Of a DNA stretch of 64,000 nucleotides, positions 61,350-64,000 are shown in pieces. How positions within the stretch are numbered: the stretch's first letter is position 1; each line of letters begins with the position of its first letter. The stretch lies in NCBI RefSeq assembly GCF_000143415.4, contig NW_003314274.1:1243395-1307394 (forward strand). The letters run 5' to 3'. Both the position numbers and the translations under genes were made by a program. The notes under the pieces were generated by a model. It did no database searches. It was not told where the DNA came from and was given only the letters and a program-made list of their open reading frames with translations. This DNA comes from Selaginella moellendorffii. Taxonomy: Eukaryota; Plantae; Lycopodiophyta.

Positions 61350-64000
61350 TCACGGTTTCAAGAAGTAAAGTTCCTTGGGCATGTGGTGGGCAAGGATGGG
61401 TTAAAGGTGGACTTGAGAAAATCCAAGCAATCTAAGAATGGGAACGACCATCGAATGTATACGAGTTAAGGGCATTCTAAGGGCTACTATTGAAAGTTTA
61501 TCAAACATTATTCGAGAGTAGCCTTGTTTTTAACGGATCAAATGGGAAAAGGGAAGATGGTATAGACAGTGGAATGTGAGGCAACATTTGTTCACTTCAA
61601 AGGGAAATTAAGGAAGGCACTTATGTTAGCGTTACCAAACTTTGGTAAGAACTTTGAGGTAGAAATGGATGCTTTAGACTGCATTAGGTGTAGTGTTGAA
61701 ACAAACAACCATCCAGTAGCATTCTTCTCGAAGAAGTTGGACAAGGCTCAATGGAAGTAGCCTGCCCATGAAAAGGAATTGTTCATGGTGGTTAAGGTGC
61801 TCAAGGAGTGGTGACACTACCTTGGGAAACACTTCAAAGTTTACACAAATAATGTGGCTACGAAACACTTTTTGTTACAGCCCAACTTGAGAGGGAAATA
61901 GGGTTGGTGGGCCAATGCTTTGGCCAAGTTTGATTGCAAGATTCTGTATAAACTTGGGAAGAGTAACATTATGGCAGATGCTCTAAATCGAAAAGCGAGC
62001 TTGAAAGTGGCGATATCCAACATGATAGCAACCTTTTGGGATGATGTATGGACAGTGTATGAAAATGATGGNNNNNNNNNNNNNNNNNNNNNNNNNNNNN
62101 NNNNNNNNNNNNNNNNNNNNNNNNNNNNNNNNNNNNNNNNNNNNNNNNNNNNNNNNNNNNNNNNNNNNNNNTTTTGGAGAACTTTCCTAGAATAGTATCA
62201 TACCAAGTTGAAATTCAATGTAGCTTATCACCATAAACAAGTATTGGGTATTAAGTCAAGTTTGATGGCATAACACTTCATGACAGACGGACAAATGGAA
62301 AGGGTGAATAGGCAGTTGGAGGATTATTTGCGATGTTATATCTCTGGAAACTAAACTGATTGGGTAAGTCATTTGGGACTTGTGGAAATGTGCTATAACA
62401 ACTCACCACACTTGAGTATCGGGGTGAGTCTATGGGAAGCCATCAATGGGTGAGCTACTGAAGGTTCTATAGAACTTGGCGTGGCCAAATATCACTTAGT
62501 TTGCCTTTGTTGAGCCCATTCCAAAGAACCCCTCACTAGATTCCAAATGTTGTCTTTCTGCCATGAATGCTTCCATTGTAGGTAACTTTCCATGGGATTA
62601 GCCAAAAGCTGACCCAAAAGTAAAAATGCATGTATTCCTAAAATTGAATTAATCTTGAGTTCCTTAAGTAGGTTTGTGGGGCTTTACAAAATTGAGGCAA
62701 GAATTGGTAAGGTAGTTTACCACCTCTGACTTCTTCGAGAGATGGGGAAGATGCACCATGTGTTCTATGTGAACTTATGCAAGCCATACTTTGAGGAGCA
62801 ACTTTGCAAGGACCAAGTAAGACCTTTACCTAAAGTTATCTAAGGGGAAGAGGAATACGAAGTCGATGCTATCCTCAATACGTGTAACAGCAAGCAACAA
62901 GGACGCAAGGTGAGGGAGTTCTATATAAAGTGGAAAGGATATCTATACTGTGAAGCAACATGGGAACCGAAGGAGAACCTAGCGAACTTGTGGGATCTAG
63001 TGGAGGAATTTTTGCAAAATAGAACTCTATATACTTATGCAAAGTTCAATTAAAGAATCTATTTTGAGAAATTGGGCAATGTCGTATGTTGGGATTCGAA
63101 GGTATGTCGAAGGTAAGCTAATTAGCATGGGTTAGCTAGGTTGACCAGGCATAGGGAACTATATCCAACTCCCTGTAGGGATGTCGAATCTGTAGACACA
63201 TTTTACGGAGGTTGGGTTCGAATCCCAACCCTTTAGTAAAACAAGGCTAGGTTCAAGTCCCAACCCCATACTAGGGCGTGGTGAGGGGAGGGGTATAGGA
63301 ACACTTATATTCCGTTGTCATGGGCTCTTGGTTGGGGAGGCTAACTTAGGCACACCACTAAGTGGGGGGATGCCCCCAAAGATATGGTCAACAAGTTGTA
63401 GGATTAAAAAGAGACATTTAATGTAGGTATCAAACTTCTTTTATGGGTGGTGGAGTTGTAAGGAACCAACTCCCCAAGGTGTAAAAAGCTAAAGGATCCC
63501 TAAAAGCACGACCAAAATGATAAAGAGTTTATCAGATGAGACCGAGTCTGAGATTGAGTTCGAGACTGACTCTAAGACCAAGTTCGAAACCGAGTCCAAG
63601 ATCAAGTCTGAGACCGACTCCGAGACTGAGTTTGAGACCGAGTCCGAGATTGAGTTCAAGACCGAGTTCGAGATTCGAGATTGGGTCCGAGACTGAGTCT
63701 GAGATCGAGTCTGAGGTCAGGTCCGAGATCGAGTCTAAGATTGAATTCGAGACCGAGTCCAAGGTTGAGTCCGGGATCAAGTCCGAGATGAAGTCCAAGA
63801 CTGAGTCTGAATACTAATACAGGTTGTGGGGTGAAAGCCCAAAGCATGTGTGTCCCAAGGGGGGGGGGGGGGGGGGGGGGGCTTTAGGGGGTTCCCAAAG
63901 TTTTGTAAGGGTTGGGAGGTCTAAGAACCAGTCTTGAAGGAACTCTCCAGTGATGCTTCCAAATTGACTAGGGCTGAGGGACCTTGGGTGGGAGTGAGTA
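61350..64000 (+). mobile_element. Older 5'-truncated copy of the same chromovirus family
   Basis: Colinear with the RT-end/RH/IN/chromodomain/3'UTR of 29590-37118, with many C>T and G>A changes. PPT at 63443-63456; 3' LTR from 63457 to the window end. Confidence 0.93.

Larger units (their letters stand above)
54947..62171. other. Assembly gaps at 54947-55046, 56778-56964, 59934-60033 and 62072-62171
   Basis: N runs. Confidence 1.

Noticed and set aside
56718-62195. ORFs containing X runs
   Set aside because: Artefacts of reading through N gaps.

Overview
Eukaryotic land-plant DNA, almost entirely nested transposons. The 47-55 nt GT-AG introns, plant MPP-alpha and PPR remnants and TTTAGGG repeats suggest a compact-genome seedless plant such as Selaginella (inference). 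In order: (1) 1-11117, two head-to-head copies of a non-coding LTR element, with a solo LTR and a 287-bp MITE. (2) About 11118-26170, a decayed Gypsy holding a 5S-containing Cassandra TRIM and a 10.3-kb Athila-like Gypsy with TA..CA ends. (3) 27591-47577, a TIR DNA transposon with a 4-bp TSD (Sola-like). It carries a dead DDD transposase, an intact divergent ~1,650-aa multi-exon gene (ParB/Srx-like, degenerate beta-class amino-methyltransferase-like, acidic, FCP1 phosphatase) and about 20 copies of a 22-bp palindrome, many in introns. (4) Inside that transposase, a very young chromovirus (29590-37118) whose integrase is split by two small GT-AG introns; an older copy at 61350-64000 keeps both introns. 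(5) 47.6-61.3 kb, a Helitron helicase remnant, MPP-alpha and PPR pseudogene pieces, AT-rich DNA and assembly gaps. All domain calls come from motif recognition by eye, not database searches.
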